64,000 nucleotides of DNA, from the NCBI GenBank assembly GCA_036172245.1, contig JAYWIR010000038.1, positions 1,798,001 through 1,862,000 on the forward strand, read 5' to 3'. The notes below the pieces were generated by a model. The model saw only the letters and a program-made list of their open reading frames with translations, made no database searches and had not been told where the DNA came from. Made by a program: the position numbers and the translations under genes. Of the stretch, positions 1 through 14,049 are shown in pieces. How positions within the stretch are numbered: the first letter of the stretch is position 1; the number at the start of each line of letters is the position of its first letter. The stretch is from Raillietiella orientalis. Taxonomy: Eukaryota.

Positions 1-1624
1 ATGTTTTCTGTTTTTGCAGCTCCCCCCCTCCCCGCCCCTGCTCTCGGCTGCTCCCCGCCGGTTCGCACGATCCGCAGCTCCGAAAGTCGAAAAGACTGCT
101 GTCCCTGCCCCTTCGCGGCGGGGCCTGCCCGCCGCCGCCTTCCTCGGCGGCGCGCTCTCTCCTCTTCGCCGAAGCCGGGCTCGAAAATCCACAGCGCAGC
201 GGCCAGCCAGAAGACTCTTCTTGCCTCGAGAAGTTTTTGCCGCTGCTGCTGCTGTTGTCGTTTTTGCTGGTCGCCGGGCGTTCCGACTGCTGCTCGCGCT
301 CGCCTCTTGCTCCTCTTCCCCGCTGGCACCACAGCGGAAACTCCCGCTCGCGCGAGTCCGCGATGACGTGCGGGAGACGCGCGCGCGTTTGGGAAACGGG
401 CCGAGATTGGGACGCAACCTGGATCCGAGCAATTGACCGCTGTATTATTTATTTATTAATGCTTCCTGAAGCCCGTCGATTACGGTTAGCCCATGCTGAC
501 TCGCGTTCGTAGCTGAATGAATTGCATGCCTCCATCTGCCTTCCAGCTCGTGCTCTCCCTCAATCATCCCGGAACATAAAATGTATCTTATGCACGAAAT
601 TCCAGGGTCGTTTGAGCCGTTTCATTAACTCAGGGAAGCTGATAAGCACCAGCTTGATTTGGATGCTAAGTTGTGATGCCAATGAGATCACGCAAGCATA
701 TTTGATTGCATCTCGATTATCAAACTGCATGGCACTGCCCGACGCGTAAATTGCATACCTTTCCAGTGCGCCATTCAATTAAAAGCTGAAAATTGGTGAC
801 AGGATCTGTGAATGTCGCCTGTGCTGATATGGAAGATTTATGAAAGTGTCATTTCGTATTTTTTTTCTTTCTATCGTTTTTTTTGGGGGGGGGGGTTCCT
901 TTTTTATTGTTCCATTTAGTAATTGTGACACTGGACAGGTCAGAGAAGCACGCAACGAGGCACTCCTGAATCTGCATGTAACAAAAACGACTGGTTACTA
1001 TGGATACCCTCCTCCGCATGCCGGCATGTGGAGCACTCTGATAATTTCCCGAAAGATGAAGACTTTGCATTCTTACGAAACGTTTGAAATTTTAATAGTC
1101 TGCCTTCGTGAAGCACAGGACCGTTTGTGCTCGTCTTGGTGTTTGCTCTGGCATTCGACGTCACAGATGTGTAGGACTGCAACAACGGGTGAGGAGACGA
1201 GTAGCTTGCTGGAAACTCTCAAAGAACGTCTCTGGGAAAGAAGAAATGGTGGAAATGGTACACGGGGCAGCGAGAGCGCAATTCCGTCCCTCAAACGTAC
1301 AGCCAAGTCACTCCAACTTCAAAATTAATAGGTAAGGAGAATCCGATTCCCGCTTCTGGACCTGTCAACTGCTCCCTGACCGGATGTTTGCATTGATGCG
1401 TTGGCAAATTGATTTTACAGATTTTTGTACACGCCGTTTCATTGAACGAGATGTGATCCGAGCCAAAAGTTCGATATTTTTTTTTAATTTACGTGCTCAG
1501 TAAAGTGTGCACGACCCCATCTTGCCGTGTAAATCGGACGTTCGGATGAGTTCATTGCCTCCGCACTACACTATTTATTCAAATTAAGAAAATAAGCTTC
1601 GGAATCATCCTCAGGCAAAAAAAA

Positions 1625-1625
<1 letters not shown>

Positions 1626-1666
<41 letters not shown>
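1626..1666. repeat. (CA)n microsatellite
   Basis: Uninterrupted cacaca run read directly from the sequence. Confidence 0.97.
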
Positions 1667-1671
<5 letters not shown>

Positions 1672-4234
1672 ATGCTCGTCTCTAACGACCCCTTGCTTTG
1701 CCAATTTGAAAGAAGGGGATGACTAAATGGCCCACCGTATTTGTATTAATAAGCTCCTTATTTTTGGTTATTCATCTGGCAGCTCTGGAGCCATCAAGTA
1801 TAAAGATAAACGTGCTGCATTCCTCATTAAGCTATTCAGTGTATGTTTCAGAAGAGTTTGGGGTATTTCGAAATCATATCTCTAATTGCCTGCTACTTAT
1901 CTTACAGAAGTGTGGAACAACAAAAGAAATTCTTTTACAAAGGGGATTGGCTGCCTTTGGACCAAGAGCTTCCCACAATTGATCCCATGTGTGTCTCGGT
2001 GGCACGCCGTGTAGCCGTTATTAAAATGAAAGCAGCAGCACTCCATCATACGAAGCTCGTGTGCTTTATAGATTCCGTCTCTGAAACTGAATTTTGCGGC
2101 TGAAACCCATGAATAATAAAGCGCCGCGGGGAGGGGAGGGGGACGGAGCCCGCGTTCAAGGGCGGGGATGGGGCCAACAATGGGAATCTTGCCCTTGCCG
2201 CCCTCGCATGCCTGGGTGGGTTCCGCGTCCGCAGAAGACGGTTTCTCAAAGATGTGGCAACTCCCTTCCCGGAAGAAAAGGAGGAAAAAAAAAAAAAAAG
2301 GAAAGAAAATGGACGCGAAAATCAAAGAACGTAAAGTGCTGTTTGCTCTTGGAGCGCAGAGGCTCGAGAGGGGAGCAGGGAGAACCCAACAGCGACGTCT
2401 CCTCCTCGCAATCAGCTGCCGCCGAGTCCTCCTTCCCGGTACTCGGCGAGGATTCTTCTCCCTGCTCCTTTCCCCGGGTCGCGACGGGTTGCGAGGAGCG
2501 ACCAGACAGTGGGGATTTTTCCTCCTCCTCCCCATCTTTTCAGACCACTACGACGACAATGATGACAACTTCGAAGCCGTCCAGCAGGAAGGGGAGAGAT
2601 GGGGAGGGACTTTCCGAAAGACGGAAGATGGGGAAAACGAAACGATACCATTTGCCGTTGTCATGATCGTCGTCGTAGTGGTCTGGAAAGGAGAGAAGGG
2701 CTGGCGGATGAGAAAACATTCCTTTGGCGGGAGAACAGATTTCTCCAGGGAGTCAATTATATCCAAACGGCACCAAGTGAAGTGAAGGCAGGAGAAGCCT
2801 TCTTCATTTGGGTTCATCAGAGCCCCGGCGTAATCGAATTCCTTCCTTCCTGTCTTTTTACCTCACGAATACAGCAATGGTCTCCTCTGGGACCCTGGCG
2901 TTGATAAATTTCTGATAACGGAATTAGGTTATTACAGAGGAATGCTTGTGCGAATATGGACGCTCACGGAGTGACGGGAAGACGACGGAGATTGTCTCCC
3001 TGGAGACGGCACTCCGTTCGCGACGGAGGGTGCGCTCTGGCCGCTCCTGCTGAGGCAGGCGAAGGGGGAGGCATTCATCCCTCCCTCCCTCACCGTGGCG
3101 ACAACTGCGCAGAAAGGAATGGGAGTGGGGGGTTGAAAGGGTTCTTCTCCCGGATGAGATCCCCCAGCGTCCCAGAGACGAACGGACGTAGGCAGAGATT
3201 CGTACGCAAAGAGAGGAGGGGTGGTGGTGGTGATCTATAAAGCAGCACTGCCGAGACGGACCTGGGGAAACCGTGCTGTCCAACCCGAAGGTCTAATCTG
3301 TGGACCCAGAGTCCCTGGGATCCCGAACCTTTTTTTGTTTTCCTGGCCGCTGTTCCCGAGGCCAGCTGGTCTAGAAACCTCCCTTACCCACTTAAACGTT
3401 GCAACCGCCAAAGCCGCCTCTGAGAATGAGGAAAAAACCCGACGAAGGAGTGAAATCTCCCTCTCCGGAAGAGTGGCGAGGTGGTCTGAGGCTGCAGGAG
3501 GAGTCAGGAGGCGCTCTCTAGAAGCTCAGAGAGGTGTTCAGATGGGGAAAACTTAACCATCTTTCCGCTGTTCATCAGGATCGCATCCCCAACCACACCT
3601 GCAGGAAGCCTTCCTGCGGATTGGAGCACAGCTGCTGTTCTTTCAAACTGCCAGGTACTTCACGCTCTCATCTTCCTCCCCTCATCCGACTGGGGTTTGT
3701 TGCAGAACTAGATGAGGCTTCTCCCTTGCCGGTCGAAGGCTAACTCCGATGACACGAAACCCCCCAACGACCCACGAACTTCTGACTATGTTCGCGGAAT
3801 TATCGGAGCTCGGAAGCCGTTGCCTTGCCAACGTCTCCGAGCGCGAGGTCAGCGAGCCCTCCAGGCTGCTAAATTTTTCTTTCAGGTTTCCCAAACCATG
3901 CTCCAGGTTCGTCACCTTCCATTTCTGGAGGATAGCTTGGAGGATAGCTTCTCTCTTTACCGGAAAGGAGCTCTGCACAGTTTCATTCTTGCAAGAGTTT
4001 CGTACTCACTCACTCTTTCAGCGGTCTGGAATCACCGCTCTCATCGGGTAGGTGGTCCATGAAGATGGTGAGTCATGCCCCGAAGCGAATTTCCGTCCCA
4101 GGGTGGAGATGAAGGCTTTGCTTCCTGGGTTGTGTGACCTTCGTGTCATCGCAGGCTTTGAGCTTTTAAGGAGGAACGGCGCTTCCCTCGGACTCGTTTC
4201 GCTCTTTCGAGCTTTTCCTTGCTCGCAGATGTTT

Positions 4235-6500
4235 TCACCCGGTTTTTCTGAGGCATTTATCATAGAAAATAATAAATTTACATTTGTGTGGTAGAATACT
4301 TGGTTTCACCACGTTGTAAAGAAACAGAGTGAGCCTGCCAAACACCGGTACGTAGATCGGCGAGGTCCACTTTGGCGGCGAGGGAGATGAACAAACAGAA
4401 AAAGGGAGGAAGAAGGGAAAGTTTTTCACGGGGAGAGGAAGGAGGGGGAGGAATCGAGGAAGAGATTGTTATTCTCTGAGAAACGTCCTCTGCACCCTGT
4501 CCAGGATGCTGGCAAGATTGCTCCGTATGTTACCCAAGTGTGACCATCTCGTGGCAGTTTTCAAGGAGGTTCCTGACCAGTGGATGGCGTCCCTTCCTTT
4601 CTGGCCTCTGAATTTTTCATTCCTCTGATCATTCCAGGCCTCTACTATCCTATGAAGGCAGCAGAGAACAGCAAGGAACACGGCTGGCGGCAGTGTGTCA
4701 CGCACGAAAAGGCGGTGCGGCATACCAAGCAGACGAAGAATTTCCTTTTCCGGACTGCGGCAGGAATGCTGTGAACCCTGGTATAACCCACGTGCCCTTT
4801 CGGCAGCAGCGGAGCTTTTTGAGTGCACCCGGAACTCGACTAGCTGCTGACTGCACCGGACGAGATCTACGTTCACCGATCTTGTTGGTTCGACAGGGTG
4901 GTCCGAAATCCACCGAGCGAGGTTAACGCATGATCACATCTTATCTTCATGGTGACTGCGACGACCTGCTGCTCCAGGTGTCGTCTCGTTGTGCCACCCA
5001 CGGTTCGGCAGCTGTGATGAGCTGCTGCTAAGACAGAGTAGCAGCGTTGCCATGTCAGCTCTGTGATGGACCGAGAGCTAAATTACAGCCTGCATGGGCG
5101 CTCGCGGAAGTGGATTGACTCCTGCGGAGATCTCCTGGAGATTCCCGTCCTCACCCGCTGTTCCCGTACGATTGAAACACGGAAGATCCACGCATTCGTT
5201 CTCTTCTGGGTTCTGAAGGAACTCCTTTCCCCTTCGGGAGCCTACCAGCTGTTTCTTCATTCTAGAGTTCAGCGCACCCTCTGGATCAGCTTGCTTCCTT
5301 CCATGCTCTTCCGCACCAACCATGAAAGCTCCAGGAGATTCTCAGTCTCCTGCGCATGGCAACCCGCTCCCAGTACTAGCGGTGATGCCACCTGGTGCCG
5401 GGGACGCCCGAAAGAAACGGGCGGCCAAGACTGCGGAAAGGAATTCCGCACTCGGAAGCCACCTTGTTCCGGCATCCGAACTTCATTTCACCCACGCCTT
5501 AGCTGTGTCACTGCTATTTTTACTGACTTTCCCTGAGCGGCATTTTCATGCCCTCGAAGTTTCATTAGATCCTGGGACGCCGTCAGGAGGATCGTCGGGT
5601 CAGTGGTTCTTCCCCTGGAGACCAAATGGCAAACGAAGGCAAGTGCCAACCGGAACGGGCGAACGCTGAGGGGACAGGCAGTCACAGCGACGAGGCATCA
5701 CCAGTCCTCCCTGGGTTCCCGGTCCTCTCAAGGCGGCAACAGCCCCTTCCGGAAGCATCATCCTCAGATCTCGGACTTCCACGCTTTTCTGCTTTGGGGA
5801 GAGGGAAGGTGGAGGATCGCCCAGCCTCGGGGAGAGCAATCAGCAGAATACTCAGCTCGCTATCCAGGAGAAGCCGTACAAGAAAAAGAAGAGACGGATG
5901 ACAAGCTGTTGGACAGAACGCAAAGACGTCCGCCGGCTTCTTCTACAGGGGTCCCAGGCCGTCGGCAGAAGACTGCTTCGCATGCAGAAGACGCGATGGG
6001 GATGATTCCATCCGGACCTCGGCGGATACCCATCCACTTGATGCAGCGGCGAGAGATGCGCGCGCGGTCAACGTGGCGGAGGGTCCTCTTCATCGCCTCT
6101 GATGAGGAGACACCGGTCGACGAGGCAAAGGACCGAGAGAGTCGTAGAAGACTCGTATCCACGCGATGCTCAGGGGAGCGCAGACCCCTCCTCTCCTTCC
6201 GAGAGTCCGGCCTCCCTCCGCTCCGTCCCTCAAAATGCCGGGAACCATGGAATCCAGACGAGGATCCAGGGAGTTGCCTTTTGGGAAACGGGCGCGCAAA
6301 AACGGCTCGCCCTATCACGATCTCCGGAACAGGAAACACCAGAAAGATTTCTCTGGGGCGCCGTTGGGGGCACTCGCGTGTGCCCCTCCCTATTCCCGCT
6401 CTCTTTCCTCCTCGAGAGGATGAGAAGAAACTTCCCCTTCCGCTCCTCTCTCGCGCGCGCCCGCTTCCCCGTAGGAAGACAAGGAGAGAGATATCCCGAG
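4235..6500 (-). mobile_element. Decayed L1/Tx1-like non-LTR retrotransposon: 3' half of ORF2 plus 3' UTR
   Basis: Frameshifted pieces: GPDGIIP (pre-RT GPDG motif), RCDCLSP (degenerate RQGDPLSP), C-terminal LFVRDTLPPAVFLAVLCCLHRIV...AIHW...ILDRVQR* ending at 4469, and the family 3' motif at 4235-4262. The 5' boundary is approximate. Confidence 0.75.
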
Positions 6501-7156
6501 ATCCCGCCGCATCCAGGGAGCAGCCCTCGAATTCTACGCGGAGAGACACAGGCTAGAGGAAGGAAGGGAAGGGGTGGAAATGAAAAAGGGCGGAGGCGGA
6601 CTTCGCCGCGTCTGCGATCCCGTGGGGATCGCAGGCGCGTGGCGGCGCGTACCCCTGTGGTACGTGCCGCCACGCGCCTTGGCATTCGAGACGCTCCCGT
6701 CCGGCGGCGAAGCGGGCAGTCTGGTCCTCCCGTCGAAGGGCCACCATCTTTTCTTTTCTCTTCTTTTCCCCCCTTTTCCCCCATCGGAGGGTGAAAGGAC
6801 CTGGAAGCTCTTCTCGCGGCCCTCCCGGCGGGTTGCCGGCTCCGCTGTTCCTATCACTGTGCTCTCCCCTTTTCTCCCGCCCACCAGGGGGGCGCCCGTA
6901 CGTAAGAAGTGGGTTGTGCACCTTCGGGGACTGCTCCTTCCCGCTTCCCCGCTGCCCTTCGGTCATGTTCCCTTTCACAAGGGCGCCGCCCTCTCGGTCT
7001 TTTCCGGAATTCTCGGAGGGAGTCGAGGTCGACCGAGAGCCGATCCGAGGGCGACCCGGGGTGTGGCTCTTTTCCCTCAACATCCCGCAGGGGCAGATCC
7101 CTTCTTCCCTCCCTTCCTCTCTGACACGCCTCCTCCTCTCTTGAGGAACCGGTGCG

Positions 7157-7745
7157 ATGGAAGGGCTCGTTGCGCGAGCTAGGTTTCGGTGTAGCAGCGA
7201 CGCAAAGCTGAAGGACAGGGAAACTCGGGCGCGGCGCTTCGTGGCCGCAGCGCTTCTGGAGAGGTGGGCCTATGGCCTCCTCGACGTTCCCAATATGCTG
7301 CCGCCGCGGCACCAGTGCCCCACTTGGTCCCGGAGGGGTGTCCTTCCTCCGTGGATGGGCTGCGTTCTTCCAGGCTGGGGGTGCGGACTCGGTTATCGGT
7401 CCAAAAAGCCAGTCAGAGGAAGCCATCGTGGAGGGAGGGGAGCGAACAGCCACCAAGCGATGGACCGCGCGCGTCTCCACCCTACCTCAAGGGACGGTTG
7501 ATTCTTCGCCTCTCCTCCACGCAACCACCTTGTGGGCGTGCCCTCGGAAAGGGTCGTTGGAGCACCACAACCCGCGTCGCCTCGGGTGGCGCGGAACTCA
7601 GCCAGGACCAAAGGCAGCGGCACACCAGCTCGTAAGGGGGTGGTCTCGACTGGAAGCTCACGCCTTCGCACAGATCCAAGTTAACTGGGTCGAGGGCGCT
7701 TCTCCGGCGTTTCCGGGACGCGGCGGCTGCGGCCTCGGGACTCCA
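7157..7745 (+). mobile_element. LINE ORF2 post-RT fragment; diverged direct repeat of ~30150-30400
   Basis: 7500-7740 aligns by eye with 30150-30400 (gatccaagttaactgggtcgagggc vs gatccaagtaaaccgggtcgagggc). AQIQVN/AWIQVN corresponds to AWAKING in the other copies. Confidence 0.6.
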
Positions 7746-9499
7746 AGAAGGTGCTCCTTGGACCCCTTAAGGTTCGAAGATCCCTGGAGGTCAAGGGACG
7801 TCGACAGCGGCAAGGAAGGGAAGGAGCGAGTGGTCGGAGGAAGCAAGGAAACGGAAGCTGTTCGGGCGCTCTCGGGAGACGCGGATGCTTTGCGAGGCAT
7901 CTGGGCCCTTTCGCAATTAAGAGGAAGGGGAATTCCTAGGGAAGGAACGCAGACGCGTCCGCAAGAGGAGCTCTAGACACGAGCGGAGGAGGCTGGAGAT
8001 CTTCCGTGCTAAGAAGGAGGAAGAACGCTGAAGCAATTTGCAATAAATTATCACCCGGCATTTCCTTGGATGCCTCTTCCCTCCTTGACGTGCCAGCGAC
8101 GCGGCGGCGGCGAGGCCCAAAGATCACTAATCCGCGTGAGCGCTGAGGGAGGGGTGGGAACGCTCGGACTGGGGAAGAGGTGTGTGCCGGCAGGGGCGAG
8201 CCGCTCGGCCTACCGCGCCTTCTGGGAGCCCTGCGGCGGTGCGGAGGGACGAGCCGGTCGGATCCAGGAGACCACCGCCATCCTGGACCCATGCGAGGGG
8301 ACAGGGGGCGATTTCGATTCGAAGACACTTTCATGTGACTCCGCCTCGGAGGATGCGCGCCCGAGGCGGCACAGGGGCGGTACCGCTCTGCCCTCCGGCG
8401 TTCGAGGTCGGTGGCCAGCCGAGGATGCTCTGGCGACCCGATCTAGAGCCCTGCCGTTCTCCATGTCGTCCCCCCCCATCTTTCGCCGCGTAGCCTGCAG
8501 AGAAGGCCTGGCCGCGCCCATTCGCTGGCCCTGCGGATGGAGGCAAAAAAAGCGCCCGGGACGCTTTAGAAGCTCCTCCGCAAGCGTTTCTTCGAATTTC
8601 GCCCGCCGTCGCGCAAGTCTAGGGAGCTCCTGCACGCGGTCTTCGAGCGTTTCCGCGGCTCCACCCCCGTCCCGGGGAAAGAGGAAGGGAAGAAAGGAGC
8701 GGACGGAAGGTGGGCGTGAAAAGGGAGGGGGGCATCTCGAAACGCTCCCGGAAGCCCGGAGTGGAGCTGCATCCGGCGGGACGCGTCGGCCGCGACCGCA
8801 ATCGGCAGCGATGCGCGGTGCCTTCCGCGTTGCATGGTGCCGGGAGACTTCCAGCGAGCTCCTCGCCCCCTCTCCTTTCCAGGCAGGGATCGTTCCCTGC
8901 GGCGCGCGCGCACTCCCGCGTGCCGAGCTCCGCGCGCAGTCCGAGGTGTTCGGCAGATCTCCTTGGCGCCCGACGGGTGGCGCGCGAAATGCTCCCCCTC
9001 TTCTCCCTCTTCCTTCTCCCCCCCTTCGCTCTCCCCTTTCGTTTTCGCATGTCGCGGCGGACCCTGCGCATTTCTGGAGCGAGATCGAAGCAACGGAAAA
9101 ACACGGCAGCTGTGCAGGGAGCTTCATTCAGCCCGTCTCTCATGCAAGAAGGAAACATTCACATGAGGATGCTGCGATGTAACCTGGGAGACGAGCTCTC
9201 AGGTCCGACGCTGCATGAAAAGAGAGGAAGTCGTCGTCCGCAGGATTGCCAGGGGCGGAGGGAACCGGGAGCGCGTATCCCTAGTGACTTATAATTCCGA
9301 TTCCCAGGAGACAGGGGTCCTCCTTCCGCTCTGCTATCCCTGCTGCAATCCAAAGAGAAGGACTCCTTGCTTTCTGCGGTCGAGCCAAACTTTCAGTTCC
9401 CCTGGTAACCATGCAAGATGTATATTTTTTTCCTTTTTTTCCCTTCCCCTTTCCCTCCTCCCTCCCCCCTTTCCTCTTTTTTTTAGGGAAAAGGCTGAG

Positions 9500-11200
9500 A
9501 ACCTGCAGGAGTGAGGGGGAAATGGAGTACACGCCCTCCTACCCGCCGAAGCCGAAGAAATCTTCCACCCTCCTCCGAAGGAACGCCGGGAGGCAAAAGC
9601 GAGTCCGTGGAGCGCAAGCATTGTCCATCTGTGCAGGCCGGATTGCCGCGTCAAGGGGAGCCGATGAGCACTGCTCGACGGATCTCGGCCAACACCCATG
9701 GTTGCCATTCTCTCACTTTCGTGTCCACTGGGTGCTCACAGATCCGACAGTCGGAGCTTACAAGCAAGAATGACTTTGAGCCCTTTCTGTCCCAGGAAGT
9801 CACTTTACTGACGGGTCACGAAAGTTCTTCCCCGGGAACCGTCGCCCCTTCCACAGAGAAAATGTCCCACTTAGCGAGAACCAGGCATCCGAGTCCAAAA
9901 TCTTCGGGACGAAGCAGGGGGCGTTCACTCCTTCGCACAGCTATCCACTATCGTCGAGGAAGGAGCTGGCAAAGGTCTGCTCGAAGAGGGCACTGTCGAC
10001 CCCGAGCTCGACCCGCGAAGAGCTCCGTGTCCTGGATGCCTAGGAGCTTCAGGATGCCGGTCGTGAAGTCATCCATCCCAGGACCCAGCCCCACTCCGTA
10101 GGCCATCTCCGTGCCGAGGACGAACCTCACGACAATCGGGGAAGAGGCGAGGAGCCTCCTCTGCCAGCTGCGAAAGCACGAGCGGAAGATTAAGGTAGCT
10201 GCTGCTTTGCAGCCAGAAGGCTTCCTGCGGGGTGACGAGCGCTATCCGGTCAAGGGAAGACCCCCGTATCCTCCCGTTCCTCTCCTCCTTTCTCTACCCG
10301 CTACGGGGCAGAAGCAGCCGAGCAGGTGTGAACGCAGGTTGCACTTCATAAGAGCCAGCCCGCTCGATATCTCCATAGCAACGGGGATCCTCGTCTAGCG
10401 GGGTATCTCTTCACGCGCACCCTCACTGTGGCTCCCGCCCTTTTTGAAGAGGACAAGCCGAGGTCTTTTCGGCGACCTCAAGACCTACCTTCTACCGATT
10501 GAGACTGAGTTTCGACAAGAGCTAGCCATCGCCAGGGGAAACCCGGGAGAGAGCCGGCAGCCGCGAGATAATTCGATCCGTCCTCCACCCCCAAGTCCAG
10601 CACGACCGGTTCGGGAAGAGCCCTTGACTCGCATCCTCGGTCGTCCTCGTGCGCGAAACTCGGACTTCATCGCTACGGGGCGTCAATGTCTGGTCGACTC
10701 ATCAAGAAAAGCAGCCCAAGGAATGCATGTGACTAGCGGCTGGTGGCCTGCAGCCCGCCAATCCCGGGAGAGGATTTCAGGCTCCCACTGGACCTGGAAT
10801 TCCGGAAGGCGGGAGCCGAGTCGTTCCAGACGGCGTCCCCTGCCAGCATGAGGGGGAGTAGGGGGGAGGACGCGACATCAGCGCTCGGGGAAGCACAGTA
10901 GGGAGGAGACCGAACTGTCCCTCTTGTTCGTAAACGGGAGTGCACCCGTTTCGCCAAGGGCTCCTTTGGTTTGGTCTCTAGAAACCTGGACTGGGGCACA
11001 AAGAACGAACACGTTCTTCGGGATTTAGCAGAAGGGCAGCAAGCGTGAAGAGAACGGCACGGGAAAGTGCTCAGGATAACCGGGACGACCAAGTGGTGGG
11101 GGCACATCTCGGGTCACCTGCCACGACGGACAACTGTCATGACGCTTGTGACAGGGTAACAAGGTGGCGGAAGTTGTTGAGAATTTAGAATCCACCTCTC
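9500..11200 (-). mobile_element. Highly decayed LINE ORF1-end/endonuclease remnant
   Basis: Cys/His-rich remnant near 11025-11110 followed by weak APE-like motifs. Many frameshifts and uncertain boundaries. Confidence 0.35.
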
Positions 11201-11539
11201 CAACAGTCATTCCACCCACTCAAATAGAAAGAAAAACGCTCTACCGGAGTTGCCTCTGGCTTCGTCTCGACCTCAAGCATGAACCGACACCACCACGTTC
11301 GGTCTTCTTGCCCTGAGAAGTTTTCCATCTTGCATAGCGGATGTTCACCCGAGTTGTCCGGGGCGTTTCTTTAGTAAGAAGAAACAAACAAACAAGAAGC
11401 GTTGCGAAAGTAGTGGTGGGGCTATTGGCCCTGGTCACTCGTCCAAACAATGGGGAAGCTGTCGAGAAGCTGAAGCGCCGACCGGCGAGGATGACCTCGA
11501 CAGCAGAGGGGGAAGGAAGGAAACGGAACAAACTACAAA

Positions 11540-12984
11540 TCAAAAAATAACTTTGAGGGGGATGGAAGGGGGAGCTCGGGAAGGGGTACAGTCACAACCT
11601 GCCGGGAGCCGTCCTCTGCATCCTCTCGAGGATGAGTTTCTGTTCCCCAGACCGTCTCGTTGCCTTCCGCAAAAAGCGGTAGGGAGAAGTGGATGGCGTC
11701 CCTGGCGCGGCTTCCTCCTCTGGCGCCGCTCCAGGCCACCGTGATCCCGCGTAGGCGTCAAAGAAGCTGCCAGGGATGCGGCCGGCGGCAACGCATCGTG
11801 CGCGAAGAGCGTTTTCGGTGCGTCTCTGGGGTCGCCACCGGGGTCGGGGTCCGGAGGGTCGTTTTCTGCAGAGGAGAAAACGACCCTCAACGGTTCCCGC
11901 AACGGTCGCAGGGAGGGACGCGGTCGACGAGCAGGTGCGGGAGGGATCCACGTTCCCCGTATCTGCTGCAGTTTGGATCGACACTGCCTTCCTCCTCATC
12001 CCCGGGTGAAGGGATGCCGGAGGGCGTCGCATGGGAGGTCTCGGTGCAGCAGCAGAAGCGCCCGATCCCCTCCCCCTCCACTCGAGAGGAGGGAGGGTGC
12101 GGTTGTTCAGGAGCGCCGGGGGTCACTCGAACTTTTCCTCGCGGAAAATTCGCGCAGCTCTCCCCAGAGCAAAAGTCCCTTTCGGTGGGCGACTCGGGGT
12201 CTCAGCGTCAGTTCAGCTGGTCCAACCATCTAGCGTCTTCCACCTGGAAGTGAGCTCACTGGAGACCTCCCATTTTTCCGGTAGGTTGTTGCGAAGATGC
12301 TCCTTCAGGGTGGTAGCGCCGCGGCCAGGGAGGTTGTTTCCGCCCACGCACACTTGGTGGGATGCACGAGGGTGTCCTGGAGAGAGCAGCCGTCGCAGAA
12401 GGGGTGCACCAATCCTCCCTGCTGCCGTAACTCCGAGCTCGTCTCGTTGATCTTCGCCCTCACGTGCGAAGGGCTTTCTTCAACCAGGCACTACCGTTCG
12501 TGAGCACCTGCATCTCCCCCTGGTCTATGCAGGGGTAGCTGAGGTCCGCAATGAGGCACGTTGCAGCAGCATCTCGTAAGGAAAGAAGATCCTCTTCATC
12601 CGATGATTCGTGTGACCAGGAGTCGCGCAAGTTCGCACAAGTTGGTGCCCCTACATTTTGCCACCAGGGACAAAGTTCTCTACCAAAGCTGCCATTCCGG
12701 GCGCTCCAGCTTCTGGAGTTCGAGATCACCATCGCAACGCGGAGCATGCAGGTCCTTCGAGCGGACACGAGTCTCGCTGACCGGAATTGCGCATCCCACC
12801 TCCAGCCTTTGGACTGCGACCCGCGCCGGACTGTCAGATTCTCCCAGGCCTCTTCGACAATCAGGAGTGATCCCATTCTCTGTTTCCTCTCATCCGCCGA
12901 AGCAACGATCCTCAACTTTCCGCAAAGTCTTTGTTCCGGGAACCTTCCGCTCCGTGCAGCGACTCCCCTTGCAGCGGAAGGCAT
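11540..12984 (-). mobile_element. Decayed LINE APE endonuclease plus linker
   Basis: ORF 12460-12984 (IVASADERKQRMGSLLIV...NLRDSW) resembles APE endonuclease motifs. The downstream segment shares 'GKWEV' with the + copy at ~14770. Confidence 0.5.
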
Positions 12985-13139
12985 GTCCTGGTGCTTCAGG
13001 AGACTTGAGAGTCTTGGAAGGAAAGTCCGTGCTGCATCTTATTGGTGTCGGCTGCTGCATGATGGAACATCGTATCGTTTTCATCGTCGACGCTGATGTG
13101 AAGAACACCGAGGTCTCCAGACTGGAAGGAACAACGGAG

Positions 13140-13430
13140 AAGGCAGCTGCCGACCTTCCAGCTGCGAGGATCGCCGCTCGTGCAGCCGACTTTCTGGGAT
13201 GCCAAGGAAGAGGAGGTGGTCCTTGTGGACCGGTTAGCCTCACGGACCGGTCTGTTCGCGAGCCTCTCCCCCCGTCTCCGCAAAAATAGGGAAAGCTTCT
13301 CCCCGATGTTCCCAAGAAAACAGTGCTGTGCAGGGGATTTCTTTCCAATCTTAGTATATGTGCCGCCGAAACAGGATTTCTTTCGGGTGCTGCCGGGCCT
13401 CTTCGAACGGGCGGCACGACCTGACGCATC
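13140..13430 (+). mobile_element. Possible BEL/Pao gag (DUF1759-like) remnant; inverted copy at 15750-16010
   Basis: QLPTFQLRGSPLVQPTFWDAKEEEV...LFASLSPRL resembles the remembered LPxFxGDPxxWxxFWD motif. It is clearly homologous at nucleotide level to the - strand copy. Confidence 0.45.
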
Positions 13431-14049
13431 TGCAGCGCTTCTCGTTGCGTGCGTGTCCGGTGGTGTTGGCGTCCCTCCGTCATGGTCTTTGGCTCCGCGC
13501 CGTCTCTCCCTGAACAGCTTCCTCCCCTCCCTCCCCAGCTCGCCCTCGTCTGCTGCTCCTGTTGCGACCGCTGTCGAGGAGTCTGGTCCTGTCTTTCTTC
13601 TGGCTCTCCATTCTGCCTCCGCCCGCTCTTCCGGAAGAGTCCGTCCTTTGGCGAGTCAGCAAGGCGGGCGAATCACCCGTCAGCCCAGGAGACATCCGGA
13701 TCTCAGGGACTCGAGTCTAGGAGACGCAGAGGTGGTCGCCCGTTCCCGACGAAGAAGACACCTTGAAGACCGGGAGGCGCGTCTGTTCGAGTGATTTCCG
13801 CGACAGAGCCGATGGACCGCGTCCATCCGAGCAGCCTCCCTTTCCCTGATGGGAGCGAATCCAACGTTCTTTCTGCAGGCGTAGACGCAGGAAGCTCCTG
13901 GATGCATGGAGTTCTCCTCAGCGTGAGGCGGGAGGATGAAGTACGATCTCCAAGGAAGAAAGGAGCAAAAGATGCTTTCGAGCCTGCGCCTGGAATCGGT
14001 TGCTCGGGTCCAGAGATGAGGAGGCTGGCGACACCGATCCTGGGCATCT

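Noticed and set aside
5603..9294. Many 200-370 aa Arg/Pro/Gly-rich ORFs on both strands
   Set aside because: Expected by chance in GC-rich decayed transposon DNA; no coherent host-protein signature.
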